From contig OZ024741.1 of assembly GCA_964016885.1 (NCBI GenBank), positions 21,576,001 through 21,640,000 on the forward strand: a stretch of 64,000 nt of DNA. The letters run 5' to 3'. How positions within the stretch are numbered: the first letter of the stretch is position 1; each line of letters starts with the position of its first letter. The DNA comes from Eledone cirrhosa. Lineage: Eukaryota. The translations under genes and the position numbers were made by a program. Shown piece after piece: positions 1 to 10,367 of this stretch. Under the pieces are notes generated by a model. The model ran no database searches. It worked only from the letters and a program-made list of their open reading frames with translations, and was not told where the DNA came from.

Positions 1-190
1 GCCTCGATTACAAACTTAGTTGCAACGAATGAATTGAGATGCTTAGTGACAGTGAGCAAACAATATCTGTATCCCTTATATATATATATATACATAGATA
101 GATACACACACACACACACACGCACGCACACACACACCCGTACACACACGCACACAAACAAACGTGTGTGTGTCTGCGTGTGCCTTGTTT

Positions 191-274
191 TTGGTACAGA
201 AGGAATTTTGTCTCCAGTTTTTATTGCCGAGTCAAAGGCCACTGCTCTTTTCAACAACGTCAAATAACAACGCC
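191..274 (-). pseudogene. Degenerate coding fragment, paralogous to 1560-1714
   Basis: Minus frame reads ALLFDVVEK...*LGNKNWRQNSFCTK, which aligns with ALVFDEVEN...LGNKIWRLNSLLTK at 1604-1711. It has an internal deletion and a stop. Confidence 0.45.
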
Positions 275-317
275 ATATATATATATATAATATATATATA
301 TTCAAATAACAAATGAA

Positions 318-360
<43 letters not shown>

Positions 361-433
361 CAGAAAGAGTAAGAAATGTGTGTGTGTGTGTGTGTTTGGT
401 ACACGTCTATCTATCTATTTATCTATCTCTCCA

Positions 434-834
434 ACAAGGGGCTCAAACATGCGGCCCACGAACTACTTTTCTATGGCCCGTGGTAGAACCAATATTTCAG
501 ATTCCATTATAACTGGTGAAAATAAGGCGGTGAGCTGGTGGAATCGTTAGCACATTTGGCGAAATGTTTAGTAGCACTTCCGTTTTTACGTTCTGAGTTC
601 AAATTCCGCCGATCTCAACTTTGCCTTTCATCCTTTTGGGGTCGATAAATTAAGTACCAGTTGTGAACTGAGATCGATGTAATCGACGGGAACCTAAACC
701 CTAAATTTTATGCCTTGTGCCTATAGTAGAAATGATTATAACTGGTGAAAATCATCACCCACCACCACGTTTAGCCCAGTGCCTCTCCTCCAGGACGTAA
801 TGGCCCTTTTATGTCCTTGAGTTTGAGACCCCTC
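434..834. mobile_element. hAT/Charlie-like MITE interrupted by a SINE
   Basis: The ends caaggggctcaaac and gtttgagacccct are degenerate terminal inverted repeats of the CAGGGGTCTCAAAC type, followed by GCGGCCC-type subterminal motifs. Confidence 0.6.
525..734 (+). mobile_element. tRNA-derived SINE with 18-bp target-site duplication
   Basis: A/B-box-like head (gagttcaaattcc) and the body tttgcctttcatcc..ggggtcgataaa..aagtaccag shared by many copies in the window. TSD attataactggtgaaaat at 506-523 and 735-752. Confidence 0.85.
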
Positions 835-869
835 TTCTAAATACACACACACACACACATATATATACA

Positions 870-1127
870 CTTTACTTTTTTGTTTCTGGACTACGCCCAT
901 GCTGGAGCATCACCTTGGTAAGTTATGGGGACGTCAACAAACCAACAAGCATTGGTGGGAGGGCAAACACAAACGCAAAGATACACACAGACATATATAT
1001 ACATATATACGACGAGCTTCTTTTAGTTTCGGTCTATCAAATCCACTCACAGGGCTTCGGTCGGCCCGGGCAGTGGGACTGAACCCGGAAACATGTGGTT
1101 GAGAGGCAAGCTTCTTGTCACACTGCG
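870..1127 (-). mobile_element. tRNA-derived SINE, second family, internally deleted
   Basis: The reverse complement has a tRNA-like head (ccgggttcagtcccactg B-box) and an internal CA/TA microsatellite. Confidence 0.6.
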
Positions 1128-1128
1128 C

Positions 1129-1160
<32 letters not shown>

Positions 1161-1358
1161 CTCTTATCAAGTTAAGAATGAAAATAAAAAGAACAAAGTC
1201 AAATTACTTTATAACTTTGTTTTTATTTTTATTGTTAATTTAATACCTAATATGTGACTTTGTATCTAAAGAATTAATTCAGCGAAACACAGAACTTCTC
1301 TATGGATTTTACAAGATTACATTTAGTCTTATCTACGGTGCGGTGCGACTGAAAAAAG

Positions 1359-1441
<83 letters not shown>

Positions 1442-1559
1442 ATAATCTCTCCCTCTCTCTCTATATATATATATAAATCTACATACATACATATACACAT
1501 ACATACATTTACCTCTGTATATAGCTATGCATTTATACATTTGTATATATACATGTATT

Positions 1560-1714
1560 TATATTTAAGTGTGTAAGGATGTTGACATGATTTATGGGTT
1601 TTTTTGGTAAGGAGAGAATTTAGTCTCCAGATTTTATTACCTAGGGAGATTAAATACCACAGCTCTGGCTGAAAGTTGACTAGGTTCTCAACCTCATCAA
1701 ACACCAACGCCGGC
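1560..1714 (-). other. Exon-like coding fragment of unknown origin
   Basis: Open frame PALVFDEVENLVNFQPELWYLISLGNKIWRLNSLLTKKTHKSCQHPY begins after a cacacag acceptor-like site. Differences from the copy at 191-274 include several synonymous changes. Confidence 0.4.
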
Positions 1715-1737
1715 CTGTGTGTGGATATATATGTGTG

Positions 1738-1835
1738 TGTATGTATGTATGTATGTATGTATGTATGTATGTATGTATGTATGTATGTATGTATGTATGT
1801 ATGTATGTATGTATGTATGTATGCATGCATGTATG
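1738..1835. repeat. (ATGT)n tetranucleotide microsatellite
   Basis: Direct reading of the sequence. Confidence 0.95.
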
Positions 1836-2424
1836 CTTCTTTTTCTTGTCGTTTCTGTTGTTCTTCTAACTGTTGTAAAAGTTGACGTTGTTCTTATTTT
1901 CATTTTCTTTGATTTCTTTCTTTTATCTCCCTAGGGAATTCGTTGACAAGTTTCTTTTATTTATTTTCTTCGTTTTCTTCATTAAAATGCATTCACACTG
2001 GCTGTCTCAGAGACGTACAAATATGGCTTATAAAACTTACCTAAGTAAGTAGCCTAGCGCCCCACAAAACTTCAAACGCCCCCTTGCTCCAGCCCCCCCC
2101 CCCCTGGAGCTAGGGGGGAGGGGGTTATGCCCCCCCCATTGAGAACCTTTGATGTAGGCCAGTATCACCTCCCCACCAAAGTGCCACCCGAAGTAGACCT
2201 TCCCCATACCCTTCTCCCCATCCTAACCACACACCAGGTACGGTATTGTATGTCATCTCTGTTACCTCTTCTGTCGATCTCCGACAGGTGGCGCTGGATT
2301 GTCCTACACTTCCTTTACGTTTCAGAGACTCAATCCCAGGTTTACTTTGCCAAAACTCACCCCTTCTCTTCTCAACGTATGGCTCACCCAAGTCCTCTAA
2401 CATTTTATCATATTGGTGACTGAC

Positions 2425-3200
2425 AGGATTTTAAATCAGAACGTAAGTGTTACGACTCTTTACGTTCTGATTTCAAATCTGATTACAGAGCTGGTAAAAT
2501 AAAATACCAGTAACGCACTGGGGTCGATTTAATCGACTTTCCTCTCGCCCCCAAAATGATTGACCTTGTGTCTAAATCAGAAACCATTATTGTGGTCCTT
2601 TTTATTATTTCAAATATCCTTTCAAAATTAGGAGAAAAGAATTATCTCCCTTAGACTTGTTAAATTATAAGAATATATAAACTTACTCTCGAGTCTTGAA
2701 TAATCCCCCTCTCCCCCATGGCTTATTAATTTTTCACAAGGCCAGCAATTATTCAGTGCATTACTGGTACTTTATTTTATCGACCCCGTAAGGATGAAAG
2801 GCAAAGTTGACCTCGGCGGGATTTGAACTCAGAAAGGCAAGGGCCGTAATTCTATGCGTCAAAGCATGGCGTCCGACTCTCTACCGATACTGCCAATCCA
2901 CCGTAATAATTGTTTCTACATTTGGCACAAGGCCAGCAATTACTCAGTGCATTGCTGGTACTTTATTTTATCGACCCCGTAAGGATGAAAGGCAAAGTTA
3001 ACAGCGACGGGATTTGAACTCAGACTGTAAAGCGACGTAACTATGCTGAAAAGCATGGCGTCCGACCCTCTACCGATACTGCCAATCCACCACCCTAGCA
3101 TGGCGTCCGACCCTCTACCGATACTGCCAATTCACCGACCGTAATAATGATGGTTTCTGATATAGACACAACGATTAAATCGACCCTAGTACGTTACTGT
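2425..3200. mobile_element. Cluster of SINE copies and fragments (same family as 525-734), including two tandem minus-strand copies at about 2735-2905 and 2908-3095
   Basis: Repeated cacaaggccagcaatta..ctggtacttta.tttatcgaccccgtaaggatgaaaggcaaagt..gggatttgaactcag..gcatggcgtccgaccctctaccgatactgccaatccacc. Confidence 0.85.
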
Positions 3201-3345
3201 GAAGGCGTATGGCTTAGTGGTTAGAACATTGGCCTTGTAATCGAAAGGTTGTGAGTTCAATTCTCGGACCGGGTGATGTGTTGTTTCCTTGAGCAAGACA
3301 CTTTATTTCACGTTGCTCCAGTTTACTTAGCTGTAGAAATGAGAT
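3200..3345 (+). mobile_element. tRNA-derived SINE with CORE-like motif
   Basis: A-box tggcttagtggt, B-box gagttcaattc, then ccttgagcaagacacttt resembling the CORE/V-SINE central motif. Confidence 0.65.
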
Positions 3346-3829
3346 GATAGGGACTGGGGTCCCTATCATTAAATTACCCAAGACACTTTCAACGAGATAT
3401 ACCTTGGAGGAGGCCAGCTAAACCTGCATAGGTGTGAGCTATCGCACACACACAGTGCATTATTGGTACTTTATTTATCGACCTCTTAAGGAGGAAAAGC
3501 AAAGTTAACCTCGGCGGGATTTGAACTCAGAACTCAGGCCGCAAAGCATTCTGCTATCATTTATTTCTTGAATATAATTACATAAATGTTCAGCATGTCC
3601 CTTAGGTCCCAAATAACAGGGGGAATGAGAATAAGCGGGGGTTGGGGGTAGAAAATTGGTAATTTTTCTAGGTTGTCTCCGTTGATTAAAAAAAGAAAAC
3701 AAACCAGAATTAGTCGTTTAGTTTACATATTGAGGCCCCAACCCATCCTATTTTATAACATATGGGATTTCTAGTAATGTACTTTTTTGTGTGTATAATG
3801 TTGTTTAATGTCTGAAGAAAATTAATTGC

Positions 3830-4192
3830 GTGTGCGTATGTGTCTGTGTGCTAAATCATGAAACTATCTATGTATGTGTGTGTATGTGTCTGTGAGTGTG
3901 CTAAATCATGAAACTGTATGTGTGTGTATGCTAAATCATGAAACTATCTGTATGTGTGTGTATGTGTCTGTGTGTGTGCTAAATCATGAAACTAGCTGTA
4001 TGTGTGTGTGTGTGCTAAATCACGAAACTATCTGTGTGTGTGTATGTGTCTGTGCGTGCTAAATCACGAAACTATCTATGTGTGTGTGTGTGTGTCCTAA
4101 ATCACTAAACTATATGTGTATATATATGTGTGTGTGTGTCCTAAATCACGAAACTATCTGTGTGTGTGTGTCCTAAATCACGAAACTATCTG
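3830..4192. repeat. Minisatellite: 9 copies of (g/c)ctaaatcaYgaaactat separated by variable (TG)n
   Basis: Constant motif at about 3850, 3900, 3930, 3978, 4014, 4058, 4096, 4141 and 4172. Confidence 0.9.
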
Positions 4193-4679
4193 TAAGATAA
4201 GCTCAACACAATTACTATACAACATTAACATAACTGAAGGTTATTAAAGAAGTGTTATAAGAACAACAACAAGCCAATATAGTGTTCCATGAACTTAACT
4301 CCTTCCCTCTACACCTAATTCATCGTCTCTTGATATAATTTCCTGTTTCATCTCTCTTAATAATTGTTTCTACTTTTGGCACAAGGCCAGCAAAATACCC
4401 AGTGTATTACTGGTACTTTATTTTATCGACCCCGTAAGGATGAAAAATAATATTATTACAATTGAAAAACATGTTAATACACACACACACACATAGAGAG
4501 AGAGTGTGTGTGGGAGTGAGGGCTTTATATATGTGTGTGTGTGTGTGAACGTGCTTGTAGACACCTGACCAAATTCATTGTTAGCTTAAGTGAACCTTAA
4601 AAATCAGGAGTGGCACCCCCAGTGTGAGCCTTTTTATAGAATTCTTTCTGCCTTTGTTATTGTAAATATAGTTTTTAAA

Positions 4680-4890
4680 GAATTCTCTTTTCTTTAAACC
4701 TATCAACCAATGACCTCCACCCACCGTCTCCTACCGCCAGAAAAGATATAATTACTTGGACAGCTGCTTCCTGATGTTTTCTCCAGAATGAAACAGTTCT
4801 AGTCCTGTAGAATATTTATACTCTGCTTTGTATTGAGTACCTTACTTACTGTGGTTACCCCCGATTGAACCCGGGATAAACTTATCTTAT
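4680..4890 (+). mobile_element. Probable Penelope pseudo-LTR remnant with a degenerate hammerhead
   Basis: In order: CCAAT (~4707), TATATAA (~4747), ctgatgt-tttc-tcca-gaat-GAAAC-agttcta-GTC (4771-4804), then gtattgagtac, which is also in the tail of the hairpin family. Stem I does not pair. Confidence 0.4.
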
Positions 4891-4893
4891 ATA

Positions 4894-5094
4894 TAACAAA
4901 GGAAGTGTGGTAAGGAACCAGGTGGACTATAACGCACTAGAGTACTCAATACTTAGGGTAGTAGAGTGGGTAATAGGAAAATGTTCAAGACCCCGACAGC
5001 AGAGCTCAAGCCGTTTCGACGGCTATTTCAGAGTCCAGAAATAGTCGTCGAAACGCCTTGAGCTCTGCCGTCGGGGTCTTGAACATTTACCTAT
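4894..5094 (-). mobile_element. Hairpin/half-hammerhead element, copy A
   Basis: Inverted repeat at 4973-5094 plus an ~80-bp one-sided tail, flanked by (TA)n. Five more copies occur in the window. Confidence 0.85.
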
Positions 5095-5296
5095 ATATAT
5101 ATAAAAGCTTAAGAAAATTAACAAAGAAGGACAAGACAACGAACGGAAACAAAACAAAACGAAAAACAATTTTTTCTGGAAAAAAAAAAAATATATATAT
5201 AAAGACACAAACGAAATACAAACATGGTCCTGTTGATCCATCTAGGGGACTTGGGCAGTTTCGACCCCTACCAACGGTACTGCTGGTCCATATATA

Positions 5297-6377
5297 TCAT
5301 AATCTATAAAGCTCAGTGTGTGGTCATGCCCCTTCGTTATAGAAATCTACGATATAGAATTTCTTCAATTGAAATTTACAATTCAGTATTCGAAATAGTT
5401 TCGATTGCGTCTTGACGCAGATAATTTTTTCAATTTCACCCACAATTACACAAAAAATAGATAAAACTCAATATTTTACGATTTTTCTCTGTCATTTAAA
5501 CTGCTAAACTCTTTCCACTACCATTCAAAATATATACAACTTCATACTTTCTGCTACTTTCTCTTTCCAAGCTTGATGGTGATACTGTCCGTTCACACCA
5601 CTCCCTACTGTCTTAAATTTAGAAAACACATATCCTCTATGAGGTTACTAAACCTACTAGAAACAGCAGCTAACTCTCCCCCATATCACACCCCTCCCTA
5701 CTGTCTTAAATTTAGAAAACATATCTTCTATGAGGTTACTAAACCTACTAGAAACAGCAGCTAACTCTCCCCCATATCACAACCCTCCCTACTGTCTTAA
5801 ATTTAGAAAACATATCTTCTATGAGGTTACTAAACCTACTAGAAACAGCAGCTAACTCTCCCCCATATCACAACCCTCCCTACTGTCTTAAATTTAGAAA
5901 ACACATATCCTCTATGAGGTTACTAAACCTACTAGAAACAGCAGCTAACTCTCCCCCATATCACACCATTCCCTACTGTCTTAAATTTAGAAAACACATA
6001 TCCTCTATGAGGTCACTAAACCTGCTAGAAACAACAGCTAACTCTCCCTCATATCACAACCCTCCCTACTGTCTTAAATTTAGAAAACACACAGACAACC
6101 ATGCAGAACAACTCCATCGCAGCTCTGTTGTTCGGCTGGCATCGTCTACGCGCGTGTTGCGCAAGTACTGTGAAACAATAAATTTCAACACTTTTTTGCA
6201 CAGAGATAATATCCATAGGCGAAACTACAATTGTCAGTGATGGCGCAACTCATGCTTCCAGGTCTGCAATTCATTCACCCAGTGCCTGGCAGACAAAAAA
6301 GTGCTGCCATAAAATGGGTGGTGCAACCTAACTTTGGTAACTTAATGACCCCGAGCAACGCCGGGCTTTAATGCTAG
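5297..6377 (+). mobile_element. Probable non-autonomous Helitron
   Basis: The 3' end has hairpin cccgagcaacgccggg (6350-6365), then CTAG (6374-6377) followed by T. Candidate 5' A|TC start tcataatctataaag at 5297 is less certain. Confidence 0.6.
5595..6090. repeat. Minisatellite, ~5.3 copies of a 91-93 bp unit
   Basis: The unit start ctccctactgtcttaaatttagaaaac recurs at about 5601, 5694, 5785, 5876, 5969 and 6062. Confidence 0.95.
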
Positions 6378-6564
6378 TATATATTTAAAAAAAGGCAAAC
6401 ACAGAGATTAGTCCATGTTTAGATGAGAGAGAAAGGAGTTCAATGAAGGATTGATGCTAGGGCTGTGAAATCTTGCATCATAATTTTCAACTCTTTTTAC
6501 TAATAACATAACTGCATTGTTTCTTTCCAAGGACTATAATAACGACCCCCCCCCCACTAATTTT

Positions 6565-7160
6565 TCAGATTCCTTAAAATGGGATATCGTGGCTAGGGCC
6601 CAACCGTTCAATGGACGAAGAAAATCTTGTGATCTCTGTGTTACAGAAGCATATTACATAACTCTATCACAACCTCTACCAATTAACGATAGAACGGAGG
6701 TAACCATTAGCTGTCAACATCGAAGGGCTAATTCCTTCGCCAATAGAGTTTTTGACCCAACTTAGTCATGTAGCCCCATTTCTACTTGTAGCTAATAAGT
6801 TAAATTGCTATGAACAACTCGATAATTATAAGTTACCTCCCCTACATTGTCTCTCAATTAAAAAATTAAAAAACTAGCACTTAACTATAAATACTCACAA
6901 TCTCTAATCTCTCGACAAGTTACTTCCCCTGAAACCACCCTCTAATTAGTAAGATAAATATGCCCTTTGGCAGCCATCTTGTTACCCATAGGCAGATCTC
7001 ACACAATGCAGCCTCGACAGATGAATACTGCTTGATTATGGCTGACAGCCGATGCAACCAAGACACCATAGTAAATACCAATATATGGAACATTATATTA
7101 TGTAACATTATCCCATTATTTTAATTTATATTCCTTTGAGTTCCGATGAGCCACTCTGTT
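6565..7160 (+). mobile_element. 3' fragment of a second Naiad-type Penelope-like element (endonuclease C-terminus and 3' UTR)
   Basis: SLKWDIVARAQPFNGRRKSCDLCVTEAYYI...INDRTE...SCQHR aligns with TLQWEEVGRASSY...CNLCLLE...LNRKSE...SCQHR of the element at 9588-10367. It ends near ccgatga at 7143. Confidence 0.75.
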
Positions 7161-7231
7161 TTTTAAATATGTTAATTATTTTCAACTGAACCAGATCAAT
7201 TATGATATATAATATTTCTGGATCAGATGAT

Positions 7232-7436
7232 TATTGGCAGTATCAGTAGAGGGTCGGACGCCATGCTTTCCAGCATAGTTACGTCCCTTTACGATCTGAG
7301 TTCAAATCCCGCCGAGGTTGACTTTGCCTTTCATCCTTACGGGGTCGATGAAATAAAGTACCAGTAATGCACTGGGTAATTGCTGGCCTTGTGCCTAAAG
7401 TAGAAACAATTATTATTAATATTATTATTATTATTC
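7232..7436 (+). mobile_element. tRNA-derived SINE with (ATT)n tail
   Basis: Near-complete copy of the family seen at 2735-3095, 25310-25460 and 26135-26268. Confidence 0.85.
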
Positions 7437-7667
7437 TCTACATTCTTTACATCAAACTAAAACATGTTGACAATCTTTTAATAATGTCTTCCTTGTGAAA
7501 TTTGTGTTCTTGTTTTGCTTAACTAATGAATATATATATTTATATATTTATTAAAGAATAAATAAATTTACATACATACATTGTATATACATTATATATA
7601 TATATATATATATAATGTATATATATATATCAGTTGAATAGGAGGTGAATTATATGTGCAAACATTG

Positions 7668-7722
7668 ATAATGCTCCGATGATTCCAAATGAGAGTTTGG
7701 AAGAAACGATTATCAGCTATTA
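7668..7722 (+). ncRNA. Minimal type I hammerhead-ribozyme-like motif with CCGAUGA core
   Basis: taatgct-CCGATGA-ttccaaa(tgagag)tttggaa-GAAA-cgatt-ATC-agctatta. Stem II is 7 bp, stem I pairs with one bulge, stem III is minimal. Confidence 0.6.
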
Positions 7723-7947
7723 AATGATTTGAACACAACTTTGATAATTGTATAATTTATTGATTTAACTGCTCTGTAAAACAACTGATGTTCATACATC
7801 GAGCTATTTCCCTTACTGGTAATAAGGTTATTAAGAAATTACTGACCTTCCTGTTTGTGGTTGTTTATACTATATACATAACTACAAATAGTATTATTAT
7901 TATTTACTGCTCAATACAGTTGAGCTAACATACATTAAATTACCAGT

Positions 7948-10367
7948 ATGCTTATAAAAGATCACCTTCCTATGTCTACTAAGAACATACCAATACCACC
8001 TAAAGATACATATGAAAAATTATTGATCAATAGTGTCAACTCTTTTATCAATAGAGTGAGATGGAGGACATTCCATTACGATAGAAAACGTTCAGACAAA
8101 AACAGGGATACGAACAACTTCGACAATTACGGCTTTAAAACATTTAAAAGCCCTCCCCACAACACATTATTAAACTAATTTGAAGATGATCTAATTAAAC
8201 TAGTTAAGAACATAACATACAAAAAACATAATAGAAACAACACCTTCTTAAACTACCTTAACTCCACGATTAAAGGATTTAATGAAAATAGAGAAAATCA
8301 TAGTGCATGCAGATAAAACTAATAATATATATAGCTTAGATTACGATACTTATAGAAAATGTATATATAAGGAACTGCATAAGAGCTACAAGAAAACTAC
8401 TACTAAAAACCTGGAGGATATAAATATGGAAGGCCGTAATATAGTGAGTAAATTAGGACTTCAGAGCCATACACCCCTAATTCCCCAAGATTCTCTCTGA
8501 AGGACCATAAGGAAGACTTCATTAGTAACCCTTCAATTAGACTGATTTGCCCTTCCAAGAAAATATTAGATAAAATCATCCCACAATTTAAGCACAAAAT
8601 ATACCTTAACCAATGGGGAAATACGGGTGAGGTTATTGACTGGTTCAAGTGTATTAAAGAGTATATAAAAAAAAAATTTATACATTTGATATCAATTCAT
8701 ACTACACCTCTATTTCCCCTATCCTATTAAATAAGGCTCTAATTATGGCCATAAACAATAGTGACCTGACTAGATCCGAAATTGATGTCATACTTGCGGC
8801 CCGAAAAACCATAATTTCTTTTGAAGATCAATTATGGACCCGCAAGGATACGCATAACAACTTTGACATAACTATGGGATCTAGTGACTCGGCGCAGGTC
8901 ACCGATTTGGTGGGCCTATACCTACTTAATGAAATCCACAAGAACCTACCCTACCTCAACGGTAATTTATACCGCGATGATGCGCTTCTTATAGACTATA
9001 AAAAATTGAATATATAAAAAACTAGGAAACAGTTACACAACATTTTCAAAAACTACAACTTAAGTATCACCTTAGATAAAAACACTAAAAACGTCAACTT
9101 CCTTGACGCTACCCTTAGCCTAGACTCTAGAGTATACACACCCTTTCATAAACCTAACGAAAAACTAATTTAAGTGAACACCAACTCTAACCACCCTAAA
9201 TCCATATTAAACTCCATTACCAAAGGAATATCTAATAGAATCTCTAATCTATCATATAATGAAACTATATTCATCAATAATTCACAATACTATAATGAGG
9301 CCTTAGCTAAATCAGGACATAAGAATGAGATTGAATTCCTACCTATAAAATCACATAGTTACAACATTATTTCTCATAATATGGCCATGAGGAAAAATAG
9401 TAAAAACAATAGCCAGTATAACTCTAGGAAGAAGACTGATACCAAAATTAACTCGCACCAAAGTAAACACCACAATAATAATACAAACATTAATATAAAT
9501 ACCTAAAAAAACAATACTATAAACAAAAATAGAAGGAGAACGAATACATTCTTCAATCCCCCTTTCAATCTAAACGTCTCTACCAACTTGCCTAAGGCTT
9601 TCTTCTCAATCTTAGAAAAGAACTTCCCAACCGGCCACAAGTACTATAGCCTTATCAATAAAAATACAATTAAAATATCGTACTCCACCACACCTAACAT
9701 AGCATACCATATAGCTAGTAGTAATAAAAGGAAGATTAATAGCTATTTCCAACTAATTAAAACACAACAGGAGATAAACTTAGTACCTGTAAACAATGGT
9801 AGTAATAATGGTAATAATGATAATAGCACTAATGAAATCAATAACAATACGAATGATAGGCATCATTACCCTAATGCTACCCCTAGCAACCAGAATTCTT
9901 CACAACATAGGAACCGGCAAGCTAACACCCAGAATAAATGTAACTGTAGAACTAATATAACTTGCCCCTTATGTAATAATTGCTTAACCAAAGACATCAT
10001 CTACTCATGCACCGTCAACGCAAACAACTCTTCTAAAACATATATAGGTTCTACTTCGAACAACTTCAAGACGAGATACAACTCGCACCTCTACTCTTTC
10101 AAAAAACACAATCTAGCCAGCTCCACTTCTTTATCTAGCTACATACACTCTCTGAGAACTAGGAATAGACCATTTACACTGCAATGGGAAGAAGTAGGTA
10201 GGGCCTCATCGTATAAACCACTGAATAAATTGTGTAATCTCTGCCTTCTGGAGACCCATACTATAATCTTTTCGAAACTAGACCTCCTTAATAGAAAGTC
10301 AGAGACATTTTCCTCGTGCCAACACCGGTACCGACACTCGTTCCATAACTTTAAACCTAGCTGTTAG
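7948..10367 (+). pseudogene. Penelope/Naiad polyprotein (RT plus C-terminal GIY-YIG endonuclease) with several stops and frameshifts
   Basis: STKNIPIP..FINRVRWR, ADKTNNIY, FDINSYYTSI, FDITMGS..VGLYLL, LYRDD, SNHP, CNCR..CPL..CL..IIY..YIG, and CxxC..E..LNRKSE..CQHR. Confidence 0.9.

Noticed and set aside
2127-2423. 98-aa ORF in a GC-richer patch
   Set aside because: No recognisable domain or splice context, so it cannot be supported as a gene.
3200-3275. tRNA gene
   Set aside because: A and B boxes are present, but there is no proper acceptor stem and the sequence runs into a SINE body. The same applies to the other SINE heads.
3830-4192. CRISPR-like repeat/spacer pattern
   Set aside because: The spacers are just variable (TG)n, the context is eukaryotic, and there are no cas genes.
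5573-6240. Repetitive 63-aa and 139-aa ORFs
   Set aside because: They are translations of the 91-93 bp minisatellite, and the 91-bp units break the frame.
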